Shown one piece after another: positions 19,589 to 30,500 of a stretch of 64,000 bases of DNA. The notes beneath the pieces were generated by a model. The model saw nothing but the letters and a program-made list of their open reading frames with translations. It searched no databases and had not been told where the DNA came from. The position numbers and the translations under genes were made by a program. The stretch comes from an uncultured Desulfuromonas sp. GTDB lineage: Bacteria > Desulfobacterota > Desulfuromonadia > Desulfuromonadales > Desulfuromonadaceae. Location of the stretch: assembly GCF_963678835.2 (NCBI RefSeq), contig NZ_CAXXCH010000002.1, positions 98,690 through 162,689 on the forward strand. Direction: 5' to 3'. Position 1 is the first letter of the stretch, and every line of letters starts with the position of its first letter.

Positions 19589-19798
19589 AGTTTTTACGAT
19601 AATCTCTTAAGTTTCAAAAAAAGAAGAAATTGAGAGACAAACAGATTTGAGCTTTAAGTTTTTATGTCAAATTCTTTTGAGTTTCAAAAAAAGAAGAAAT
19701 TGAGAGACAAACAGATTTGAGCTTTAAGTTTTTATGCTAAACTGTTTTGCATCTCAAAAAAGCAAAAAAAATAATGACAAAGCTATTTGGAGATAATT
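19589..19798 (+). repeat. Three tandem units of about 70 bp (two with a 56-nt perfect core, the third degenerate)
   Basis: The core GTTTCAAAAAAAGAAGAAATTGAGAGACAAACAGATTTGAGCTTTAAGTTTTTATG occurs at 19611..19666 and again exactly at 19681..19736. The third unit (19729..19798) keeps the frame TTTTTATGCTAAAC...TCTCAAAAAAGC. The array ends 42 nt before the fic start. Confidence 0.9.
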
Positions 19799-19839
19799 TA
19801 TTTGAATTTTCAATAGTCAAAGTGAGTGGGTAAAACATT

Positions 19840-20961
19840 ATGGAACACAGTTTAGAAAATGCGGTTGGCTATCATTACGGAAAGTTTCCTCCTGAGAATC
19901 TTGATTATGGACGCCTGGTGCAACCTCTCGTAGAGGCAACCGATGCTTTAGCACGCTATGACCAGATGCTGAAAACTATGCACAATAGTGAAATATTGCT
20001 CGCACCTTTGCGAAATCAAGAGGCCGTCATTTCCTCGCGGATGGAGGGAACGGTGAGCACAATGGATGAAATTTTACAATATGAAGCGGACTATAGTGGT
20101 GAATCAGGTGAGGTCGGTGATGTGCGATCTGAGGTTATTGAAACAATCTTGTATCAACGTGCATTGAAGGCAACGCAGCAAGCTATATCAGATGGTTATG
20201 GCCTTTCGAAGTCTCTGATTAAATCAATCCATCAACGCTTGTTGTCTTTGGGGCGTGGAGCTAAAAAATCACCAGGACAATTTAAAACCGAACAAAATTA
20301 TTTGGCGGATAAATTCAAAAAAAATATCCTGTTTGTGCCAATTTCTCCGGAATCATTGGAATCCGGTTTGGATCATCTTTTTGACTATGTCCATAACAGC
20401 ACAGAACCTGTTTTAATCAAAACGGGGATCACTCATGTCGAGTTTGAAGCTCTTCATCCATTCAAAGACGGTAATGGCCGTATAGGGCGAATGCTTATTA
20501 CATTGATGCTGTGGAATTGTGGTCTGATTTCCGCACCTCATTTTTATATCAGTGGCTTTTTCGAAGAGAATAAAGACACCTATATTGATACAATGCGAAG
20601 TGTTTCTGATACAGGAGACTGGGAGAGCTGGTGTGTCTTTTTTTTGAAAGCTTTAGAGCAGCAAGCGATTAGAAATTTAGAGATTGCTGAAAATATAAAA
20701 ACTTTATATGAAGAAATGAAGTCTAAGTTTTCAGAATTGTTGTCTTCAAAATGGAGTGTAAATGCCTTGGATTTTGTTTTTACAAATCCAGTATTTAGAA
20801 ATAACAAATTTACAAACAACAGCGAGATTCCTCCTGGAACTGCTGCCCGGTTTACACGTATTCTTTTAGATGAAGGACTGATTATTGCTAAAGAAGAAGC
20901 CTCTGGCCGCCGACCAGCGCTTTATTCTTTTGAGCCGTTAATGCAATTGGTCAGAGTTTAG
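19840..20961 (+). CDS. Fic-family protein (Fic_N + Fic core + C-terminal wHTH-like), canonical active site
   Basis: 373 aa. The active-site motif HPFKDGNGRIGR is intact. The N-terminal inhibitory-helix motif SSRMEG fits (S/T)xxxE(G/N). The coding sequence is very AT-rich (17/60 G+C in a sample line). Confidence 0.9.
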   Translation: MEHSLENAVGYHYGKFPPENLDYGRLVQPLVEATDALARYDQMLKTMHNSEILLAPLRNQEAVISSRMEGTVSTMDEILQYEADYSGESGEVGDVRSEVIETILYQRALKATQQAISDGYGLSKSLIKSIHQRLLSLGRGAKKSPGQFKTEQNYLADKFKKNILFVPISPESLESGLDHLFDYVHNSTEPVLIKTGITHVEFEALHPFKDGNGRIGRMLITLMLWNCGLISAPHFYISGFFEENKDTYIDTMRSVSDTGDWESWCVFFLKALEQQAIRNLEIAENIKTLYEEMKSKFSELLSSKWSVNALDFVFTNPVFRNNKFTNNSEIPPGTAARFTRILLDEGLIIAKEEASGRRPALYSFEPLMQLVRV

Positions 20962-21055
20962 AAAGGCGACTAATTCTATCGCAGGTTATTTTATAAATAC
21001 GAAAAAGATGTTGTCGTGGGTTAGCGTCCTTCAAATCTTTGGGTTGTGAGAATTT

Positions 21056-22690
<1,635 letters not shown>

Positions 22691-22889
22691 GGTGGTTCCT
22701 TGCTGATCATGTCAGGTCACAGGTTGTGGTTAAGTGCGTGGGAATAGCATGGTTGACGACAAGACACAAGGATAAACGGGGTGTTACGGTCGAGAAACTG
22801 AAAACAACCCTGATGCGCTAAAAGACTCGACAAGCCGGCTCATTAGGCATTACTCTGCGATCTAACACGAATCTGACAAGGAGGCCTCC

Positions 22890-23588
22890 ATGTGGGCGGA
22901 TAATCCGATGGTTAACAGCCAGTTCCTGTTGATTTTAAAGTTGGTTTTGGCCTTTATTGCCGGCACCATGGTCGGTATTGAACGCGAGAAGCACGGCCGT
23001 CCGGCCGGGCTGCGCACCCATATTTTGGTGTGTGTCGGCGCGTGCCTGATGATGGTGGTGTCCGAAGGGGTGTTTTTCAAATTTGGCCATCTTTCAGCCG
23101 AAAGCGTGGTGCGCCTTGATCCGGGGCGTATCGGCGCACAGATTATTACCGGCATCGGTTTTCTCGGCGCCGGGGTGATCCTTAAAGAGGGGGTGTCGGT
23201 ACGTGGACTGACCACGGCCGCCTGTCTGTGGTATGTGGCCGGTTTGGGCATGGCTTTCGGTATGGGCATGTTTCTCATTGGCGCGGTTGCCACAGCCCTG
23301 GCCCTGATCGCCCTGATTGCCATGAAAAAACTGGAACCGGTGCTGAAAAAGGATCGTTTTCTCAACCTGTGTGTGGTGACCGGCTCTGAGGTGGATGTGC
23401 TGGATCAATTGCAGCAGGTGTTTACCAACCATCAGGTGTTTGTTTTCAATATCGAGCAGGATATCAATCTGATGGAAAAGCAACGTCGCTACGACTTTGT
23501 CTTGACCCGCCATCAACAACGGATCGGCCGGGATCTGGTCGGAGAAATTCTCGAACTCAACGGTGTGATTCGAGTGCGTTACAAGTAG
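22890..23588 (+). CDS. MgtC/SapB family membrane protein
   Basis: 232 aa. The N-terminal block GIEREKHGRPAGLRTHILVCVGA is diagnostic of MgtC. An ACT-like C-terminal domain follows. Confidence 0.85.
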   Translation: MWADNPMVNSQFLLILKLVLAFIAGTMVGIEREKHGRPAGLRTHILVCVGACLMMVVSEGVFFKFGHLSAESVVRLDPGRIGAQIITGIGFLGAGVILKEGVSVRGLTTAACLWYVAGLGMAFGMGMFLIGAVATALALIALIAMKKLEPVLKKDRFLNLCVVTGSEVDVLDQLQQVFTNHQVFVFNIEQDINLMEKQRRYDFVLTRHQQRIGRDLVGEILELNGVIRVRYK

Positions 23589-24064
23589 GTGGGGGAGCTG
23601 TTCCTGATGGTGAAAAGAGCGGCCGGGGGCCGTCCGCCAGCGGTGGTTTTCTGGACAGTGTGCTCCATGCATGCTACTTTGAAAGGCCTCTGGTCTTCGG
23701 ACCTGCTTTGTTGTTTCTTTTTTGTCCTATCGCGCCCGTGGTTGTCGTGGTTTTATCCGCAGGGGAAAACTCCCGGGAAATCAAGACAGTCACGTCCCTG
23801 TATTCTCTAGGAGAGATACGCGGATGAAGGTTCCCTGTTTTTACCAAAGCACATCACTGTAAGAAGGCTTCCTGCTGAAGCCTTGGACGTGGCCTGGCCT
23901 GTTAACGGCTGGTCCGATCCACCCGTGTCGCGCAATTGGCGTGATGCTGTAGGATTCTTGCGCCCAAAATACAGTGTCAGGGGGCTTGGGATGAGGACGC
24001 GTTGGTTCTGGATGCCGCCACGGGAAACACTCTTGTGGCGCTGTCCACCAAGGGAGATTTTTCA

Positions 24065-24880
24065 ATGATACGACGTTTTTATTTTTTCAGCGTTTTGGGT
24101 GCAGTGATCCTGTTGCTGACCACCGTCGGTTGCAAGCCTTATTTTGTGTTGGCCACCCAGCAGGACAAAATCATGCTGGAGCAGGTGCTGGATCAGGAGA
24201 CACAGCAATTGGATCAGTTGGATACGCTGACCGGGCGCCTTGAATCGATGCAGGATGATCTGGTTGCCCATCAGTCGCAGTCCATTACTGAGCTCCAGCA
24301 GAGAATGGCGAACCAGGATAAACAGCTGATGGCGTTGAAAAATCAGCTGGCAGAACTGGATCAGGCCTTTGAAAACTTAAGGCAGGAGCATTCCGCAGAG
24401 CCGGTTCGCTACAACGACATGCAAAGTGTGGCGGTCGACACCGATACGACGGCCAAACAGGTGATTGGTGCGGTGGAGCAAGTGTATATTTCTCCGCCCG
24501 GTCTTTTGCTGAATGCTCGCATTGATACCGGTGCCACAACCTCCTCCATTGATGCCCGCAATGTCGAGCCGTTTGAGCGCGACGGCAAACGATGGGTCCG
24601 TTTTGAAATCACCGATCCGGAGAGTGACGAGCCGGTTGTGCTGGAGTGCCGGGTGGTGCGTCGGGTCAAAATTATTCAGGCCATCACCGAAGAGAAAGAG
24701 CGTCGCTATGTGGTGGAACTGCTGGTTGCCCTCGGCAATGTGACGCGCAGTGCCGAATTTACCTTGTCGGACCGTGATCATGTCGAATATCCGGTGTTGA
24801 TTGGGCGCAATATCCTCATGGATTCAATGACCGTGGATGTCAGCAAGAAGTTCCTCTCCGTCCCGACCCATTCCTATTAA
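24065..24880 (+). CDS. Lipoprotein with coiled coil and C-terminal retropepsin-like domain (DUF785, annotated 'ATP-dependent zinc protease' family)
   Basis: Trimmed to the ATG at 24065. The lipobox is LLLTTVGC. A Gln-rich coiled coil follows. The C-terminal block ARIDTGATTSSIDA...WVRFEI...LSDRDHVEYPVLIGRNIL matches my recollection of the DUF785/RimB-like family. Confidence 0.7.
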   Translation: MIRRFYFFSVLGAVILLLTTVGCKPYFVLATQQDKIMLEQVLDQETQQLDQLDTLTGRLESMQDDLVAHQSQSITELQQRMANQDKQLMALKNQLAELDQAFENLRQEHSAEPVRYNDMQSVAVDTDTTAKQVIGAVEQVYISPPGLLLNARIDTGATTSSIDARNVEPFERDGKRWVRFEITDPESDEPVVLECRVVRRVKIIQAITEEKERRYVVELLVALGNVTRSAEFTLSDRDHVEYPVLIGRNILMDSMTVDVSKKFLSVPTHSY

Positions 24881-24892
24881 CGGATTATCCCG

Positions 24893-26410
24893 ATGCCTAG
24901 AGTTCTCTTTTACAGTGTTATTGTCGCGTTGTTTGTTCTCGGGCTGGGGTTGATGTGGGTACGGCATGCCCAGACCAATGTGCCGTTGCTTCCCGGCGAA
25001 CAAGCCGAAGTGTGGCTGGTTGAGGCCAAAATCAATTTCAGTGCAAAAGGTGGCCCGGTTCGAGTCAGTCTGGATATTCCGGATCATCTGCCCCGTTTCA
25101 AGATGGTCAACGAGCAGGCCGCATCGCCCGGCTATGGTTATTCCGTGGTTGATGCCGGTGACGGCAACCGCCGGGCGGTGTGGACGATTCGTAATTCCAC
25201 CGGCCCGCAAACGCTCTATTATAAGATCCAGGTGACTCCCGAACCGTTGTCCGAGGTCAGCCGGGTTGCCGCGCCGCGAGCACCGCTGGAAATTTTCTGG
25301 GAGGAATCCCAGTTCGGTGCGGCGCGCCATGTTCTGGAGCTTGCTCATGCTCGGTCGGATTCAGTCCTGACCATGTGCAGTGAATTGATCAAGCTTGTGA
25401 ATGCCGGCGATAAAGACCAGAATGTTTCCCTGCTGCTGTCCTCAATGCCGGTGGAGATTCTGCTTGAAAGACTTTTTAATTACGCGGGGATTCCCACCCG
25501 GATTGTCAAAGGTCTTTACTTGGAAGAGAACCGCCATAACCTGAAGCTTGCCCCGGTGCTGATCGTCTATGACAGCGGCGGTTGGGTGATGTTTGATCCG
25601 GTCTCAGGGGTGCAGGGTCCCCCGGAAAATTTCATGCTGTGGAACCTTGATGATTTCTCGTTGCTTGATGTCAGCGGCGGGCGCAGCTCCAAGGTCAGTT
25701 TTGCCGTGACCCGCCAGAGTATTTCCGCCAAGCAGCTGGCGTTTGATGGTCCTGCGGAGACCCGTTTTTCCCTGTTTGACATGCAACGGCTGCCGGTAGA
25801 AGAGCAGAATATGCTCAAGGTGATGTTGCTGTTGCCGCTGGGGGCGCTGGTGGTGGTTTTTATGAATGTCATTGTCGGGGTCCGCACCTCCAGCACCTTT
25901 ATGCCGATTTTGATCGCGTTGTCCTTTCTGCAGACTGCTTTGCTGCCCGGTTTGATCAGTTTTATCGCCATTGTTTCTTTTGGATTGTTGCTGCGCAGCT
26001 ACTTGTCCCACTTCAATCTGTTGCTGGTGGCGCGCATCTCCACCATCGTTATCCTGGTGTTGATGATCATTGTCTTCTCCAGCCTGTTCGGTTATCGGAT
26101 TGGCTTTAACACCGGTATGACCGTCACGTTTTTCCCGGTGATCATCATTGCCTGGACCATTGAACGTATGTCGATTCTGTGGGAAGACGAAGGGCCGCGT
26201 GAGGTGGTGGTGCAAGGTGGCGGCAGCTTGCTGGTGGCCATCTGTGCCTATCTGCTGATGAGCTGGTCAACGGCCGCCTATCTAAGCTTCAACTTTCCCG
26301 AACTCAACCTGATCGTCCTCGCCCTGATCATGACCATGGGCAATTACACCGGCTACAAGTGGACTGAGTTGCGTCGTTTCCGGGCGTTGCGGCTCAAGTT
26401 GAGGCTGTGA
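24893..26410 (+). CDS. Membrane protein: N-terminal inactive-transglutaminase-like extracytoplasmic domain fused to a 7-TM C-terminal half
   Basis: 505 aa. The order is one N-terminal TM, about 290 aa of soluble region, then about 7 hydrophobic helices. The family assignment is recalled from the conserved pairing with RimK-related ligases and has not been verified. Confidence 0.6.
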   Translation: MPRVLFYSVIVALFVLGLGLMWVRHAQTNVPLLPGEQAEVWLVEAKINFSAKGGPVRVSLDIPDHLPRFKMVNEQAASPGYGYSVVDAGDGNRRAVWTIRNSTGPQTLYYKIQVTPEPLSEVSRVAAPRAPLEIFWEESQFGAARHVLELAHARSDSVLTMCSELIKLVNAGDKDQNVSLLLSSMPVEILLERLFNYAGIPTRIVKGLYLEENRHNLKLAPVLIVYDSGGWVMFDPVSGVQGPPENFMLWNLDDFSLLDVSGGRSSKVSFAVTRQSISAKQLAFDGPAETRFSLFDMQRLPVEEQNMLKVMLLLPLGALVVVFMNVIVGVRTSSTFMPILIALSFLQTALLPGLISFIAIVSFGLLLRSYLSHFNLLLVARISTIVILVLMIIVFSSLFGYRIGFNTGMTVTFFPVIIIAWTIERMSILWEDEGPREVVVQGGGSLLVAICAYLLMSWSTAAYLSFNFPELNLIVLALIMTMGNYTGYKWTELRRFRALRLKLRL

Positions 26411-27372
26411 TGTTGTTCAAAAGCTTGCGTGACATGGGCATTCTCGGCATGAACGCCCGCAATATTGAGTTCATTGGTCGTTACAATCAGCGCAGTCTCT
26501 ATCCGCTGGTGGATGACAAACTCAAAACCAAGAAGCTTGCCCAGCGTTTTGATATCCCCGCGCCAAAGCTGCATTTTGTCATCCGTGAGCAGCACCGGCT
26601 GAGAAATGCGGAAAATCTGTTTCGCAAAATCGACGGCTTTGCCATCAAACCGGCTAAAGGCTCCGGCGGCAAAGGGATTCTGGTGATTCGTGCCCAGGAA
26701 CAGGGTCGCTTTGTCACCACTTCGGGGGCGCGTCTTGATCTCAACGATATTAAACGGCATATCTCCAACATTCTGGCCGGGCTGTATTCTCTGGCCGGCA
26801 CACCGGATGTAGCGATTGTCGAAGAGCTAGTGGCGTTTTCCGAGATGTTCACCGGCTACTCCTATCAAGGTGTTCCCGATATTCGTATTGTCGTGTTTCA
26901 GGGCTACCCGGTGATGGCCATGCTGCGCTTGGCCACCCAGCGCTCCGACGGCAAGGCCAATCTCCATCAGGGCGCCATTGGCGTCGGGCTCGATATCGCC
27001 ACCGGCTCCTCTCTCGATGCTGTGCAGTTCTCCATGCCGCTGGAGATTCATCCCGACACCGGCAAATCGTTGGCGGGTATCGATATCCCCGGCTGGCAGG
27101 AGATCCTCTATCTGGCGGCACGCTGTTATGATATGACCGGTCTCGGCTATATCGGCACTGATATTGTTCTCGATAGCGGCAAGCGTCCGCTGTTGCTCGA
27201 ACTCAACGCCCGTCCCGGCCTGTCGATCCAGGCCGCCAACGGCCAGGGGCTGTTACCGCGTCTGCGCCATATTGAGAACCTGACCGTTAAACACACCAGT
27301 GCCGAAGAGCGGGTTGACTACGTTCTTGCAACGTTCGGATCGACAGCTTCTGTCTCGCCTTATTCTTTTTAA
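26407..27372 (+). CDS. Alpha-L-glutamate-ligase-related ATP-grasp protein (RimK-like)
   Basis: 321 aa. ATP-grasp blocks are KPAKGSGGKGI, IVEE and IGTDIVLD...LLELNARPGLSIQ. The start overlaps the upstream stop (GTGATG). An alternative ATG lies at 26410. Confidence 0.8.
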   Translation: MMLFKSLRDMGILGMNARNIEFIGRYNQRSLYPLVDDKLKTKKLAQRFDIPAPKLHFVIREQHRLRNAENLFRKIDGFAIKPAKGSGGKGILVIRAQEQGRFVTTSGARLDLNDIKRHISNILAGLYSLAGTPDVAIVEELVAFSEMFTGYSYQGVPDIRIVVFQGYPVMAMLRLATQRSDGKANLHQGAIGVGLDIATGSSLDAVQFSMPLEIHPDTGKSLAGIDIPGWQEILYLAARCYDMTGLGYIGTDIVLDSGKRPLLLELNARPGLSIQAANGQGLLPRLRHIENLTVKHTSAEERVDYVLATFGSTASVSPYSF

Positions 27373-27470
27373 ATTTTTAGTGAAGCGGGTGCTTGATTAT
27401 ATTTTAGGTGCCCGCCTTCTTTCTTAAGTAGTGTTTTATGTTTATATCGTAGTAAAAACGTAGAAAACGT

Positions 27471-27499
27471 TTGACTCTTGCCTCCTGTTTTTGTATCTA
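27471..27499 (+). promoter_or_regulatory. Possible sigma70-type promoter of the STAND gene
   Basis: TTGACT (27471..27476), a 17-nt spacer, then TATCTA (27494..27499). The -10 hexamer is poor, so this is tentative. Confidence 0.3.
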
Positions 27500-27533
27500 T
27501 TGTGTAACTTGGCGGATACGCATGGAGGCTGTC

Positions 27534-30500
27534 ATGAAAAAAGAAGCTCTTTCGTCACGAGCAATTGCCCGTAATATTCCCTTGATTTTGGATGAACTTG
27601 GAAAAGCAGATCGAGCACGAATAACCGCAGTTTCAGAGTTATTCAAGGATGCAAAAGAGGTCAATCTGGGCCAATTGCTTCAAGAGCTTTTTCCTGATCA
27701 GCACTCGCGTGAGACCGCTCTTACCGCATTGCGTCAGTTTCGTAAACGATTGAGCGATGCCGCTGAAGAAGCTGGCATTCGGTTTAAGCTGGAAGTTGAT
27801 AGTCTCAAGAAAAATTCTCCGGACGAAAGAACCTGCTGGTTTATCGGCGAAAGTGGTGCCGAGCAGGCTATTTCAAGATTGGTTGAAGGGGAAACGGCTT
27901 TAGTTGATCGTTCAAGCCAGGGGGCGTATGAAATTCGTGATGATAAAATTGTTATTCGCTATTTTGTGTCTTATGCACATAAGGACAAAAAGCTTAAACA
28001 AGACTTCTGTGAGAGACTGTCAGACCAGCTAAACGTTTCATCCAACTATTATTTTGAACAATGGAATGACGAACTGTTGCTGGTTGGTGATGACTGGAAA
28101 GATGAAATTGCCAAAGCAATTGAGAATTGTCATTTCGGTCTGCTGCTGGTTTCAAACAGCTTTTTGGCAAGTCGTTTTATTACAGAGCAAGAGCTACCCC
28201 ATTTTGTCCCCAATAAGCTGGATCGCCCAGAGCCAGGTAAACGAGCTATTCCCGTCGCCTTATCCAAGGTTTTGTTGGATGGAAGCGTTGATCTTAAAGG
28301 GCTTCAAACATATCAGATTTTCCACGATCAAGAGGGAAAGCCTTTTTCTCAGAGGCGCGGAGAAAAAAAAGATCAATTTATCAATGAGCTTTTCCAGCAA
28401 ATTGTTTCAGTAATAAGCACTCGCTTGGTCGTTCCTGAAAGAAAATCCTATAACTATAAGCGTAGTGAAGAGTTCGAAAGATGTTTTTGCCAAGCTATAG
28501 ATGAGCGAAGTTTGGATTGCTATATCGACTCAACGGGATGTATGAGCTCTCTGGATAAATTAAGAGAAGAAGTTGATCCTGAAGAGTTTGATCAACGTAT
28601 CGATGCCGTTACGCAGTTGCTTAATTGGTCCGAAAGCTCTGATTCTCCAGCATACTTTGCCTTGCTGGGCAGCTTGGGTATGGGTAAAACCAGTACCTGT
28701 CTTGAATTTGCCAAACGATTGCTCCATCATCGTAAAAAGAAACCTGAACTTCCCTTGCCAATCTATTTTGACCTGAGACTCCTTGGCGAAAAAGCAAAAC
28801 AAGAGCCTGATCTATCCACCATTATCGAAACCGTATTACGGAAAAGTTGGCGTGGTGGTCTAGAACCCACAGATTTTTCAGCAGCCGAAATCATTGATCT
28901 CGTTCAGCTGCAAGGTGCTATTGCCATCTGGGACGGGATTGATGAAGTTCTTGTTCATTTGACTCCTGCAGGAGGGCAAAGTTTTATTCGTGAATTGCTT
29001 CGGTTGTTGCCACCTTCCGTCATTCAAAAGAACTCGACTCACGGGAAAATGCTTTTCAGTTGTCGAACGCACTATTTCAGAACGCTCCGAGAACAGAAAA
29101 ACTTTTTTTTGGGAGAAGAGCGCGAGGGGATGAAGGTTGAAGATTACCGCGCCTTGATTTTATTGCCTTTTTCCGAAGAGCAGATTCTTCAATATCTTGA
29201 AGAGCATGTTCCTGATCGAGAACCTGAAGAGCTGTTAGATATTATTCAGTCAATTCATAACCTTTCAGAGATGGCAGAGCGTCCCTATACGCTTCGGTTG
29301 ATCGCGGATCAGATTTCTCACTTGGAGCAATTAAAGTTGCAGGGTGTGACAGTCACTGGCGTAACGCTTTATCGTCATATGGTGGAATCGTGGCTTGAAA
29401 GAGATATTGGCAAACATCAACTGACCCCTCATCACAAGCAGTTGCTGATGGAGTTTCTAGCTGCTGAGCTGTGGACACAGGGGCGACGGGACTGGGAAAT
29501 TGATGATCTTGAACAATGGTTAATTGACTTTTTTGAAAGTCATCCTTCGATTGCCGCTCACTATCATGGAAAAAATCGTGAACTCATAAAAGAAGATTTA
29601 CGTACGGCGACATTTCTTGTCCGCGAAGGAGAGAAAACTTTTCGTTTTGCACACAGCTCTTTATTAGAGTTCTTTTTAGCCTGCTACTTGTATCGAGCTC
29701 TTTGCGAAAATCAGATAGAGCGTTGGGACATTGAAGTGGTTAGTCCTGAAACAATTGATTTTTTAGGGCAATTGTTGCTTGAAAGCAATCAAAGAAAAAA
29801 AGAAATAGCTCTTAAGAGTATGTCTGCCATAGCGCGGATGCCTTTAGCACTCAAAGCGAAGAAACTGGTGCTGTCTTATTTTTTAAAATCTTATGGCACA
29901 AGTTATCCGAAGGCTTCGCTTATGGGAGGTGTTTTTGACAAGATTGATCTGAGTGGTGTGAATATAGAAGGTCGTGCGGAACAAAAAATCAACTTTCGAT
30001 CAACTTCCTGGCGAGATAGCAATTTGACACAAGCTCGATTTCGTCATGTTGATTTTGGATCAGCTATTTTCAGCGGAAGTGATCTTGTGCGAACAGAGTT
30101 TATTGATTGTGACATGGTGAGAAATGATTTTAATCATTGCGAATTGGTTGGAACGGTTTTTCGCAAATGTGATTTGACCGCATCATGTTTAGACGATATC
30201 AGGTCTTATCGCTGTAAATTTTTGTATTGCAGGATGGATCAGATGGAAGCCCTGAATCTGAGTCCGCCCTCCATTTTTACTGTGCCAATTGCAAATCAAC
30301 GTGTTGAAAAAGTCTTTCAACAAAAGAACAAAAGGCTATTGATAGCAGGAGGACAGATAGGGTCGATAACAACTTTTTGTTTTATTAAAAGTACTTTCTT
30401 AGCTTCTGGCGGATTAGATGGAACGATAAGACTATGGGATCTGCGTAGCGGAGAATGCCTTCAGCTCTTTGAAGGGCATGAAGGGGAGGTCAGCAGTGTT

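Noticed and set aside
27471-27533. N-terminal extensions given by the ORF track. Examples: TTG at 27471 for the STAND gene, 8519 for the kinase, 9903 for the CoA ligase, 13988 for the MCP, 24002, 35414, 52960, 55609, 60308.
   Set aside because: The extensions overlap upstream genes or terminators, lack ribosome-binding sites, and are followed by internal ATGs with good Shine-Dalgarno spacing and family-typical N-termini. Coordinates were trimmed accordingly.
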